NCBI GenBank assembly: GCA_037142615.1
Contig: JBAXAI010000009.1
Location: forward strand, 32,001 to 96,000
Direction: 5' to 3'
DNA: 64,000 nucleotides
Source: Spirochaetales bacterium
Lineage (GTDB): Bacteria > Spirochaetota > Spirochaetia > JABEVK01
Below are positions 46,565 to 55,445 of this stretch, one piece after another. The notes under the pieces were generated by a model. That model did no database searches. It saw nothing but the letters and a program-made list of their open reading frames with translations, and was not told the DNA's origin. Each line of letters begins with the position of its first letter. Positions within the stretch are counted from its first letter, which is position 1. Both the position numbers and the translations under genes were made by a program.

Positions 46565-47937
46565 TTTTCCACCTCGATGGCGAACTTCTTGAGTTTGGTA
46601 TGCAGGTTGCTGGCGTACAGCCCCAAAGCCTGCGCGGTCTTGGCGATATTATACTGGTTTTTGCGGAGTTTTTCTTCGATGAAGGCCTTCTCGAACGCGT
46701 CTTTGGCGTCGTTGAGCCCCAGATGCTCCCAAGGGTCGAGTTCGCTGGCCACGGGCTCGCCGCTCTGCGTGGTGTGTCCCAGAAAAAGCTGCGCCGCTTC
46801 GGGGCCGATCACGTCGTCATCGACCATCAAGGAAACGCGTTCGAGGTAGTTGCGCAGTTCGCGGATGTTGCCCGGCCAGGGGTAGGCCTTGAGCACGGCC
46901 AGGCCCTCAGCCGAAAACACGGGAAGCGAGCCCTCGGTCCCTTGCACCCGGTGAAAGCGCCGAAAGAAGTAGGCGATCAACTCGGGCAAGTCGTCGGTGC
47001 GCTCACGAAGCGCGGGGACAGAAATCGGCACCACGTTGAGGCGGTAGAACAGGTCTTCGCGGAACCGGCCTGTGGCCACCTCGGCGCGAATATCCTTGTT
47101 GGTGGCGCAAATAATCCGCACATCGACCTGCAGCGTCTGTTCGCCACCCACCCGTTCGAACCGCATTTCCTGAACGGCCCGCAAGAGTTTGGCTTGAGCA
47201 GGGAGTGACAGGTCGGCCACCTCATCCAAGAAGAGCGTTCCACCATCGGCCAGCTCAAACTTGCCCTTGCGGCGGCTCACAGCGCTCGTGAAGGCGCCCT
47301 TTTCGTGACCGAACAGCTCACTCTCAAACAGGGCGTCGGGAATGGCGGCGCAATTGACTTCAATAAAGGGTTTGCGGACGCGCGGGCTGCGTCGGTGGAT
47401 CTCGCGGGCCACGAGCTCTTTTCCGGTACCGTTTTCACCCAGGATCATGACCCGGGTGTTGGCACCGGCGCTTTGGCCAATCAGGTCGTGCACCTTCTTC
47501 ATTGAGCTGCCGGACCCGATCATCTGATCCTCGCTGGCCAACACGGTCTTCAGTTCGCGGTTTTCGCGCTTCAACTCGACCATCTTCAACGCGTTTTGCG
47601 TCACGGCCAGCGTCTTGTCCATCGACAGGGGCTTTTCCAGAAAATCCCAGGCCCCGTTCTTCACGGCCCGCACCGCCATGTCGATGTTGGCGTGCCCCGA
47701 AATCATCAGCACGGGCAACTCAGGATAGGTTTCGCGTATGGCCTTGAGCACGTCGAGGCCGCCCATCCCAGGCATCCAGACGTCGAGGAAGACGAGGTCG
47801 ATGAGTTCGACCGAAAGCAGACGAAGGCCTTCGGGACCATCGGCTGCCTTGAACACCTGGTAATGTTCGTCGGTCAGAATGTCGCTCAGGACGTTGCGGA
47901 TGCCGTCTTCGTCATCGATGATCAGAATCTGGTTCAC
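46561..47937 (-). CDS. NtrX-like sigma54-family response regulator
   Basis: LDVWMPG, MISGH.NI..AV, GENGTGKE, GAFTSA, FLDEVAD and WPGNIREL. Confidence 0.9.
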   Translation of the reverse strand: MNQILIIDDEDGIRNVLSDILTDEHYQVFKAADGPEGLRLLSVELIDLVFLDVWMPGMGGLDVLKAIRETYPELPVLMISGHANIDMAVRAVKNGAWDFLEKPLSMDKTLAVTQNALKMVELKRENRELKTVLASEDQMIGSGSSMKKVHDLIGQSAGANTRVMILGENGTGKELVAREIHRRSPRVRKPFIEVNCAAIPDALFESELFGHEKGAFTSAVSRRKGKFELADGGTLFLDEVADLSLPAQAKLLRAVQEMRFERVGGEQTLQVDVRIICATNKDIRAEVATGRFREDLFYRLNVVPISVPALRERTDDLPELIAYFFRRFHRVQGTEGSLPVFSAEGLAVLKAYPWPGNIRELRNYLERVSLMVDDDVIGPEAAQLFLGHTTQSGEPVASELDPWEHLGLNDAKDAFEKAFIEEKLRKNQYNIAKTAQALGLYASNLHTKLKKFAIEVEK

Positions 47938-49709
47938 GTCGCGCTCTCCAAAGGGAGGTCCAAAAAGAACGTCGTGCCGAACCCCGGTTCGGACTCAAAC
48001 CAGACTCGTCCCTGGTGGTCGAAAAGAATCCGTTCGACAATGGCCAGGCCGAGCCCGGTGCCGTCGGCTTTCGACGTCACGTAGGGGTGAAACACGCGGT
48101 CACGCAGGTCGGCCGGGATGCCCGGCCCGTTGTCGTGTAACTGTACCCTACAATAGGAAATGTTGCCCTTCTTGACAAGGTTCGACACGGCAGTGATTTG
48201 CCCCTTGCCCCCCATGGCGTCGACGGCGTTCTTCACCAGGTTGGCGAACACCTGTTCCAGCTGCCTTTCGTCGGCCTGGACAGTCACGTCGGCTAGCACC
48301 CCGGCGGCACTGACCGTCAGTTCAGCCTGCGAGGCCGCGTAGGTTCCCAGCACCCGTTCGATCAGAGGCTTCAGGTCGACCCGGCTCTTCTGGGGGGCCG
48401 GTAGGCGGGCGAAACCGGCGAACTCCTTGAGAAGCGTGTCGAGGCGCACCACCTCGGTCACAATGGCTTCGACGGCTGGCTCCACGATTTCGACCAAGCG
48501 CGAAGGGTCCGATTGGGCGCGGCGGAGGATGCGCTCGGCCGACAGGCGGATGGGGGTCAAGGGATTGCGAAGCTCGTGGGCCAACTGCCTCGCGATCTCT
48601 TGCCAAGCCGTGACCTTTTCAGTTTGTTGCAGTTTTGTGCGGCTCACGGCCAACTCGGCTGTCATGGCGTTGAAGCTTTCGGCCAAAAAAGCCAGCTCGT
48701 CCCGCTCGGGGGTTAGAATCTTGGTGGTGTAGTCACCCGACGCAATACGGCGGGTCGCCGACTCAAGGTTGATCAGCGGACGGATCAACTCGTCGCTCTG
48801 GGTGAACGAGATGAGCAGGGCAATCAGTAGGATGGGCAAGGCAAACAGCAAGAAAAACAAGGATAGGAGATTCCGGAAGGTGTCATTGCTGGTCTGCAGT
48901 TTTTTGAACGTCTCGACGGCTTCGGTCAGGCTCTGAGTGGCCTCCTCGAAACCTTTTGGCAGAATCTGAGACACCACGACCGAGTACGGAATGCCTCCAG
49001 CGACCACGTGGCGGAGCTGACGGAGGAGGGTCACCGAACCCGAGGTCTCCTTGGGAAGTGGGCCATCAACCATCGGGAGGCCGGCTGACCTGGTGAGGCG
49101 CGCGCTCTTTTCCCCGATCGACAGAAGCTCGCTCCCTGTCGGGTCAAACACCTGAAGGGCATCGGGCTTGAGGTTCGACGCCTCGAGCGCGTTGGCAAGC
49201 AGGGCCACATCCCGTCCTGGAAGCGCCCGGCGGACCATGTCGGGGATGAGCGGCGACTGAGAAATGTTGGTCAGTTCTTCGATGCGGTCGTGGTGATACT
49301 CCAGGGCCGTGTCGAGCCCGCCTTGAAGCGCCTCGCCCCAGCGTTGGTTCACCCAAGTCTTCATGGCCGTATCGATGAAACTGATCGACAGGATGGTTTG
49401 GGGCACCGAAGCCAGCACCGCTGTGAGGGCAAAGAACAGGCTGATGCGCATTTTGAGCTGAGTGCCGGGCTTGCCCTGTTTGCGGTCGCGAAGAAGGGTC
49501 CAGATCTGGTAGCCGACGGCGCCAAGCAACGTGAGCGGCAACACCAGCACCACGGGAATGAGGACGGCGTCAAACTGACGTTTGGTGTCGGCGACATCGG
49601 CAAGAATCTGGCTCGACAGAAAAAGGGTGAAGGCGACCAGCAGGACCAACAGGCCCAGCAGGCTTAGGAACGGGGCAAAGCGTTTGGAGGTAGAGAGGTC
49701 ACTCTTCAA
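47934..49709 (-). CDS. NtrY-like sensor histidine kinase
   Basis: Three N-terminal TMs, HAMP, AWQEIARQLAHELRNPLTPIRLSAER, NLVKNA, DNGPGI and GTGLGL. Start uncertain; TTG 49709 assumed. Confidence 0.88.
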   Translation of the reverse strand: MKSDLSTSKRFAPFLSLLGLLVLLVAFTLFLSSQILADVADTKRQFDAVLIPVVLVLPLTLLGAVGYQIWTLLRDRKQGKPGTQLKMRISLFFALTAVLASVPQTILSISFIDTAMKTWVNQRWGEALQGGLDTALEYHHDRIEELTNISQSPLIPDMVRRALPGRDVALLANALEASNLKPDALQVFDPTGSELLSIGEKSARLTRSAGLPMVDGPLPKETSGSVTLLRQLRHVVAGGIPYSVVVSQILPKGFEEATQSLTEAVETFKKLQTSNDTFRNLLSLFFLLFALPILLIALLISFTQSDELIRPLINLESATRRIASGDYTTKILTPERDELAFLAESFNAMTAELAVSRTKLQQTEKVTAWQEIARQLAHELRNPLTPIRLSAERILRRAQSDPSRLVEIVEPAVEAIVTEVVRLDTLLKEFAGFARLPAPQKSRVDLKPLIERVLGTYAASQAELTVSAAGVLADVTVQADERQLEQVFANLVKNAVDAMGGKGQITAVSNLVKKGNISYCRVQLHDNGPGIPADLRDRVFHPYVTSKADGTGLGLAIVERILFDHQGRVWFESEPGFGTTFFLDLPLESAT

Positions 49710-49962
49710 AACGGTTGTCGATGAGCTTGACCAACGCATCCACGGCCGCAGCCTCATCGGAGCCGCTGGCAGTAATCTTGACAACCGTATTGCATAGGAC
49801 GCCCAGAGTGATCAGACCCATGATCGATTTGGCATTGATCTTCTCATTTTCTTTCTCGATGAAGATTTGCGAACTGAACTTGTTCGCGAGAGTGACGATC
49901 ATCCCTGCCGGTCTGGCATGGATACCCGCCCTGTTCTTCACCGTCACGTCCTTCTCAACCAT
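49699..49962 (-). CDS. ptsH: Phosphocarrier protein HPr
   Basis: GIHARPA (His15) and NAKSIMG (Ser46), 87 aa. Confidence 0.95.
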   Translation of the reverse strand: MVEKDVTVKNRAGIHARPAGMIVTLANKFSSQIFIEKENEKINAKSIMGLITLGVLCNTVVKITASGSDEAAAVDALVKLIDNRFEE

Positions 49963-49972
49963 GAGCCGACCT

Positions 49973-50968
49973 TTATAAGACGGGAGTGTCCTTGTTTTTC
50001 CTCAAATATACGTTGCGCGCGTTCTCGCTTTCAAGCCATGATATCACGTTTTGGTTGAATTCTTGGGCTGAATGAAAACCCATCTGCTTGAGGCGATGGT
50101 TCATCACGGCGGTTTCGATCAAGATGGCGATGTTGCGCCCTGGTTTGACGGGAATCTTCATGGAGGGCATGCGAACACCGAGGATCTCGGTACCTTGGTC
50201 CTTGGTACCCAAGCGCTCGTACTCCTTGTTGGGGTCCCACAGTTCCAGTTCGATCACCATCTCGATTTCTTTCTGGAATTGTATGGCAGAAACGCCAAAC
50301 AACTGGGCCACGTTGATGATGCCGATGCCGCGAACCTCAAGGTGGTGACCCAACGTGGGATTCACGGGCTTGCCGAGCAAGGTATTGCCGCTCACACAGC
50401 GGATGTCGACCGCGTCGTCGCACACCAGGCGGTGGCCCCGCTCAATCAGTTCCAGCGCCGCCTCGCTCTTGCCGACCCCGCTGTCGCCCAGCAGGAGCAC
50501 ACCCATGCCCGACACTTCGACAAACACTCCATGCACGGTTCTCTGCGGCGCGAAAATGTCGGCCAGGGTGCGGATCAGGCGCACCGAAAAGTCAGACGAA
50601 CTGAGCGTGGTCGACAGGACGGGCACGTGGTGCACTTCGGCGAGCTCGATGAACCGCTCCGGCGGCAGGTGATTGGCGGTGAAGATCATGCAGGGCGGTT
50701 CGAGGCGGAAAACCTGCTCCACGCTGGCCCAGTTGTTCTCGTGCTCGAGCTTGCGGATGTAGGCACTCTCGCCGTTGCCGAACAACTGAAGCCGCATGGC
50801 GTTGAAGTCGTCGAAGAAGCCGCTCAGCGCCAAGCCCGGCCGGTTGATGTCGGGCTGGGTGATCGGCTTCGACAAGCCTTTCCGCCCGGCTTTGCAAACC
50901 AGATGCAGGGCATTGTGAGCCCGTAGGTCGAGGTCGAGCAAGTCCAGGACGGTGAAGGCTTTGGTCAC
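49973..50968 (-). CDS. hprK: HPr kinase/phosphorylase
   Basis: INRPGLAL, GDSGVGKSE, GHRLVCDD, LEVRGIGII and PVKPGRN. Confidence 0.96.
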   Translation of the reverse strand: MTKAFTVLDLLDLDLRAHNALHLVCKAGRKGLSKPITQPDINRPGLALSGFFDDFNAMRLQLFGNGESAYIRKLEHENNWASVEQVFRLEPPCMIFTANHLPPERFIELAEVHHVPVLSTTLSSSDFSVRLIRTLADIFAPQRTVHGVFVEVSGMGVLLLGDSGVGKSEAALELIERGHRLVCDDAVDIRCVSGNTLLGKPVNPTLGHHLEVRGIGIINVAQLFGVSAIQFQKEIEMVIELELWDPNKEYERLGTKDQGTEILGVRMPSMKIPVKPGRNIAILIETAVMNHRLKQMGFHSAQEFNQNVISWLESENARNVYLRKNKDTPVL

Positions 50969-50970
50969 GG

Positions 50971-51300
50971 CTATTCGACCTCTTCTTCTTTGACGGTGTG
51001 GCCGTGCGGGTGGTGCTCCTTAAGCTTGTCCTTTTCCTTCGAGACCTTGGCGTCGAGCTTGTGCATGAGGTTTTCAATGGCCGGGTAAAGTTCCAAATGG
51101 GATTCGGTAAGGTGCACGTTGGAGCCAAAACGGAAGTGCACGTTGGACTCGACCTGAAAGCTCGCCTTTTCCTTGGTGACGGTCACTTCCACGGTAACGA
51201 TCAAGTCTTTGAACGGGTCAATGTGGCTCAGTTTCTCGCTGATAAACTCCCGGGTCCGGTCGCTGATGTCGTAGTGGACACCCTTGATGGTGATGTTCAT
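50971..51300 (-). CDS. hpf: Ribosome hibernation promoting factor (short HPF/RaiA)
   Basis: MNITIKG..., LYPAIE...KL...KEK. AGGAG RBS. Directly downstream of rpoN. Confidence 0.88.
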   Translation of the reverse strand: MNITIKGVHYDISDRTREFISEKLSHIDPFKDLIVTVEVTVTKEKASFQVESNVHFRFGSNVHLTESHLELYPAIENLMHKLDAKVSKEKDKLKEHHPHGHTVKEEEVE

Positions 51301-51314
51301 GTTCGTGCTCCTTC

Positions 51315-52664
51315 TTACGCGTACTCTTTCGAAAGTTCCAGGCGGTACTTGGTAACGGTGCGCCGGGCAATTTCGATGCCTCTTTGACTCAAGAGGTCCG
51401 AGATCTTCTGGTCTGACAGCTTCTTGGTCCCGGCCCCCGCCCGGGTGCCCGCTTCGTGGGCAGAGAGGATTTCGCGGATGATTTCCTTGACGCCTTCCTT
51501 TGAGAACTCGCTGGAAGAAATGGCGTTGCTGAAGAAGTGCTTGAGTTCGTACAGGCCCCATTCGGTTTGCACATACTTGCCGGTGGTGATGCGCGACACC
51601 GTCGATTCGTTCTTTTCGATCTGTTCGGCCACGTCGCGCAACGTCAGGGGCTTGAGGTACTTGGGTCCTCGGCGAAAGAACTCCACCTGAAACTCCATGA
51701 TCGACCGGCAGACCTGAAAAAGGGTGCTGCGCCGATAACGGATGTTCTGGATGAAGCGCTCGGCCTCGCTCACCTTTTGCTTCACGAAGGAGCGGGCGTC
51801 TTTGTCGACCAGGCCTCCGCCCAACCCACTCTGGAAGCCATCGTCGATCCTCAGCACGGGGATTTCTTCTTCGTTGAACACCAACTGCAGTTGCCCGTTC
51901 TTGAAGCCGATGGCGGCGTCGGGGACCACGTAGCCGGGGGGTTGAAGCGAGTAGGCGCGGCCAGGAAAAGGCGTCAGGCTCGACAGATCTTCGAGCAAGG
52001 CCTGGATTTCGTCTTCGCTCACCTTGAGGCGGCTGGCGAGTTCTTTGTACTTCTTTTTTTCGAGAAGCTCCCAGCCGTCGGTGACCAAGTGGGTGGCTTC
52101 CTCGTCAAAATGCTGCAGGCGCATCTGGACCAGCAGTGACTCCCGCCAGTCCGAAACGGCACACCCTTGGGGCTCCAAACGGCGGATGGTCTCGAGCAAC
52201 TCCTCGATCAGCTCGGCCTCAACGCAGGCAACACCGTCGGTCAGGGGAAAAAGCATCGAGGGTGGCTCGAGGTGAAACCCGTCGGCGTCCAAGTTGTTGA
52301 TAAGCAGCTCGCCAATTTCGAGCGAGGCCGGTGGGAGCGGTTGCAGGCGAAGTTGCCACAGCAAGTGCTCGTGCAGGCTTTCGCCGCGGCTGATGACGCC
52401 CTCCAGAAAGCGCCGCTGGGTGTCTTCGTCATCGAAGGACGAGCCGGAAGACCGGATGCGATGGCCCGACATGGCGTCGAGCTCATCGTAGCTGACGAGT
52501 GTCTTGTCGCCCACGGCCTCGAGCGCCGGGTTCTTTTCGAGCTCTTCTTCGATGCGCTGTTTGAGTTCGTTCAGAGTCAGAGGCAACAGGTTGATGGACT
52601 GGATGAGCTGGAGGGACATCTTCTGTCGTTGCTCCTGCCGCATAACCGGTCGTTGAAACTGCAC
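51315..52664 (-). CDS. rpoN: RNA polymerase sigma-54 factor
   Basis: Q-rich region I, NPALE, LKPLTLRDVA, ESTVSR, LSDQKI and RpoN box ARRTVTKYR. GTG start at 52664. Confidence 0.95.
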   Translation of the reverse strand: MQFQRPVMRQEQRQKMSLQLIQSINLLPLTLNELKQRIEEELEKNPALEAVGDKTLVSYDELDAMSGHRIRSSGSSFDDEDTQRRFLEGVISRGESLHEHLLWQLRLQPLPPASLEIGELLINNLDADGFHLEPPSMLFPLTDGVACVEAELIEELLETIRRLEPQGCAVSDWRESLLVQMRLQHFDEEATHLVTDGWELLEKKKYKELASRLKVSEDEIQALLEDLSSLTPFPGRAYSLQPPGYVVPDAAIGFKNGQLQLVFNEEEIPVLRIDDGFQSGLGGGLVDKDARSFVKQKVSEAERFIQNIRYRRSTLFQVCRSIMEFQVEFFRRGPKYLKPLTLRDVAEQIEKNESTVSRITTGKYVQTEWGLYELKHFFSNAISSSEFSKEGVKEIIREILSAHEAGTRAGAGTKKLSDQKISDLLSQRGIEIARRTVTKYRLELSKEYA

Positions 52665-52785
52665 GTTAGCCCCCCTCTGGCTTCCATGGTAGTGCAAGAA
52701 GGGGGCCAAATCAAACAGTTCCGGAAGAACCGAACCCGTTGACAGTGCCGAACCGTTTCCCGATGCTGGGTTCTAGGAGTATCCC

Positions 52786-53475
52786 ATGAAATCAGTTCTG
52801 CTCGTCGTTGTGCTATTGTGCCTATCGTTTGTCAGCCTCACCGCCCAGGCGGTTGGGGGTGGCCTGTCGGTCTTCGTTCCCGAGGAACTCTACACCTCAG
52901 GCCAAGGCACCGTGGCTTTCGAGCAGGGGCTGTCGACATCGATTGGCTTCGGGGACCTGCTGAGCATTCCGATCGGCGTGGCCTACCATGCCGCCGGCAG
53001 CTTCGTCCTCGATCCCGCCGAGCACCCGGATCACGTTGGCCCCGACCTCTATGGCGACGTGCTCATCCCTTCAGTTCAGGTCAAGATGCACGTTGGCTTG
53101 GGGTCGCTGGTCTACGTCGAAGCTCACGGTGGCGGAGCGGCCGCGTGGGCCTTTTCGCTGCGGCCCACCGCATCGTTCGCGCAGGCCCTCGTCACGGACA
53201 GGACTGCCCTCGCCGTGGCCACCGACGTTGTGATCAAGCAGGGGCTCGGCTTCGGCTGGGTTGCCGGTGGGGCCTTCGGGGTAAACTTCGGCGCCATCAG
53301 CGTCGATCTCGGGGCGACATACCGCTGGCTAAGGATTCCGCTGGACCTTTCGGCGAACGTCACCAGCGGCCAGGCGGGCAGTTTTTGGTCCGCCTCGACC
53401 CCGTTCACATCGACGACCCAAGCCGCCCTTTTGCGGGGCTTGTCGATCCAACTCGGCGGCAGCTACAAGCTGTAG
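52786..53475 (+). CDS. Putative outer-membrane beta-barrel protein
   Basis: AGGAG RBS, signal peptide, alternating amphipathic strands and C-terminus LSIQLGGSYKL. Upstream TTGACA-17-GATGCT. Confidence 0.65.
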   Translation: MKSVLLVVVLLCLSFVSLTAQAVGGGLSVFVPEELYTSGQGTVAFEQGLSTSIGFGDLLSIPIGVAYHAAGSFVLDPAEHPDHVGPDLYGDVLIPSVQVKMHVGLGSLVYVEAHGGGAAAWAFSLRPTASFAQALVTDRTALAVATDVVIKQGLGFGWVAGGAFGVNFGAISVDLGATYRWLRIPLDLSANVTSGQAGSFWSASTPFTSTTQAALLRGLSIQLGGSYKL

Positions 53476-53494
53476 GCTCGCCACCTAGCAGGGC

Positions 53495-54217
53495 CTACAT
53501 GCTAAAGTGTTCTCCCAAATAGATTTGTCGGGCTCGCTCGTCGGCGAGGATCTCGTCGCGGGTGCCCTGAGTCAAAATCTCGCCCACGTTAATGATGCAG
53601 GCGCGGCTGGTGATGTCGAGGGTATCGCGCACGTTGTGGTCGGTGATGAGCACACCAATGCCCTGGTCGGCCAGTTGCCGGATGATTTTTTTGATCTCGT
53701 ACACGGCGATGGGGTCGATGCCGGCGAACGGCTCGTCGAGCAGCAGGAACTTCGGTTCAATGGCCAGCGCCCGGGCGATCTCGGTGCGGCGCCGCTCGCC
53801 ACCCGACAGCGTGTAGGCCTTCTGTTTGCGCAGGCGCTCGATGCCCAGTTCCACGAGCAGTTCCTCGAGTCGGGCCTTGCGGGCCTTGCCGTTCATGCCC
53901 CGACGCGTTTCGAGCACGGCCCGGATGTTGTCTTCGACACTCAGTTTGCGGAACACCGAAGCCTCTTGCGGCAGATAAGCGATGCCCGCGCGGGCCCGTT
54001 TGTACATGGGGTAGCGCGTGATGGCCTTTTCATTGAGCAGGATCTTTCCGGCCGTGGGGCGAAGGAAACCGGCGATCATGTAAAACACGGTGGTCTTGCC
54101 CGCGCCATTGGGGCCGAGCAATCCGACGATCTCGCCGGCATTCATCGAAAAACTCACCTGGCGGACGGCCATTTTTTTGCCAAAGCGCTTTTTGAGGCCC
54201 TGTACCGAAAGCGTCAC
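53495..54217 (-). CDS. lptB: LPS export ABC transporter ATP-binding protein
   Basis: GPNGAGKTT, YLPQEASVFR, LSGGERRRTEIARAL, DEPFAGIDP and TDHNVRDTL. Confidence 0.96.
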   Translation of the reverse strand: MTLSVQGLKKRFGKKMAVRQVSFSMNAGEIVGLLGPNGAGKTTVFYMIAGFLRPTAGKILLNEKAITRYPMYKRARAGIAYLPQEASVFRKLSVEDNIRAVLETRRGMNGKARKARLEELLVELGIERLRKQKAYTLSGGERRRTEIARALAIEPKFLLLDEPFAGIDPIAVYEIKKIIRQLADQGIGVLITDHNVRDTLDITSRACIINVGEILTQGTRDEILADERARQIYLGEHFSM

Positions 54218-54882
54218 GGTTGAGCCTCCTGGGCTGCCGGGGTTTCTTTGGCAGGGGTGATGCTGCCCGATACCCGGCCGTCGAGCAGGATCTCTTCGGT
54301 CTTGAGGTTGACGCGGATGGTGCCGGCCTTATACTCGTCTTTCTTCTTGTTCACCTGCGGCAACCCTGTTAGTTCCAAGCTGTCTTTCGTACGCGCGTAC
54401 ACGGCGTTTTCGCTGCGGCAAACGAGGTCCTTCTTGAAGATCTTGACGCCGATCTGCATGTTGAACTTCTCCAGGGCCTCATCGTATTCGAAGTACCCCG
54501 AGCGGATGCTCAGTTCATTGGTCGGGTCCTGCATTTCGCAAACGCCGCGGAAACGGCTCAACTTGAGCACCCGGTCGTACTCCATGGTATCGGCCTTGAT
54601 GGTGATGTTCTTTTTGCCATCGACGACCACAACCTGACCCTTGCAGGTGGCATACCGGAACGACTTGCCCGAGAGTTCGATCGAGTCGGCCTGGATGGTC
54701 AGGTTGCCCGTGCTCACGGTGGCGTTGCCCGTCAGTTGGGTTTTTTCCTGGCCCGCGGTGAAGTGGCTGGTGAGCCGGTCACCCCGAAACGTGAACGGGT
54801 CTTCGGCGGCAAAAACCGGTGCGGCCAGCACCAGGCACAAGGCCGACACGAGCAAGCTTTGCCTGGGCAGACGACCCATCAC
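54214..54882 (-). CDS. lptA: LptA/OstA-family periplasmic protein
   Basis: Signal peptide, beta-jellyroll repeats (LTGNA, IQADSI, LTGLP) and position before lptB. Confidence 0.8.
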   Translation of the reverse strand: MMGRLPRQSLLVSALCLVLAAPVFAAEDPFTFRGDRLTSHFTAGQEKTQLTGNATVSTGNLTIQADSIELSGKSFRYATCKGQVVVVDGKKNITIKADTMEYDRVLKLSRFRGVCEMQDPTNELSIRSGYFEYDEALEKFNMQIGVKIFKKDLVCRSENAVYARTKDSLELTGLPQVNKKKDEYKAGTIRVNLKTEEILLDGRVSGSITPAKETPAAQEAQP

Positions 54883-55445
54883 GGGGCTTCCTCATTGGTC
54901 TGCCAGACGCCGGTAATGGCCTTGTCGAGAGCGAGGTCGTTGCTCTTGAGGTTGAGAACCATACCCTGCGCGGTGATGCGCGAGCCGTCGTCTTTCTTCA
55001 ACACAACGCTGCTCCCATCGAGGGTAGTCATCACCTTCTCCTGATTCTTCCACTCGACGCTCCCACCCGGGCCACCGATGATGGTGAGCGCGACACCCTG
55101 CTTGGTCGAAGAGGCCCGCAGGGTTCCGTCGAGGTGCGCGTTATTGGTGTCGGTATGAATGATCGCCGCCTGCGAACTCCCCTGCGACACCACTTTGCCC
55201 TCGCCATCATACTCTTGGAAGGTGAAGTCCTTCAATCGTATCTCTTGGTGGGAACTATAGTTTTCAGCTCTTGCGCCCTGTACGGAGTACAATACGCGTC
55301 CATCCCGCACGGTGGACTGCTCGAAGTCCTGCATCACCAGAAGGGGAACGTCGTCGGGGTTGACGGTGGGCGTAGAGGTCAAGTCAAGCGTGCATCCCGA
55401 AACAGCGAGAACGAAAACAAGGCTGAACGGGAGGCCACTCTTCAT
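54879..55445 (-). CDS. lptC: LptC-like lipoprotein
   Basis: Lipobox-like VSGC, beta-rich sequence and position between pyrG and lptA. ATGA-coupled start at 55445. Confidence 0.72.
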   Translation of the reverse strand: MKSGLPFSLVFVLAVSGCTLDLTSTPTVNPDDVPLLVMQDFEQSTVRDGRVLYSVQGARAENYSSHQEIRLKDFTFQEYDGEGKVVSQGSSQAAIIHTDTNNAHLDGTLRASSTKQGVALTIIGGPGGSVEWKNQEKVMTTLDGSSVVLKKDDGSRITAQGMVLNLKSNDLALDKAITGVWQTNEEAP

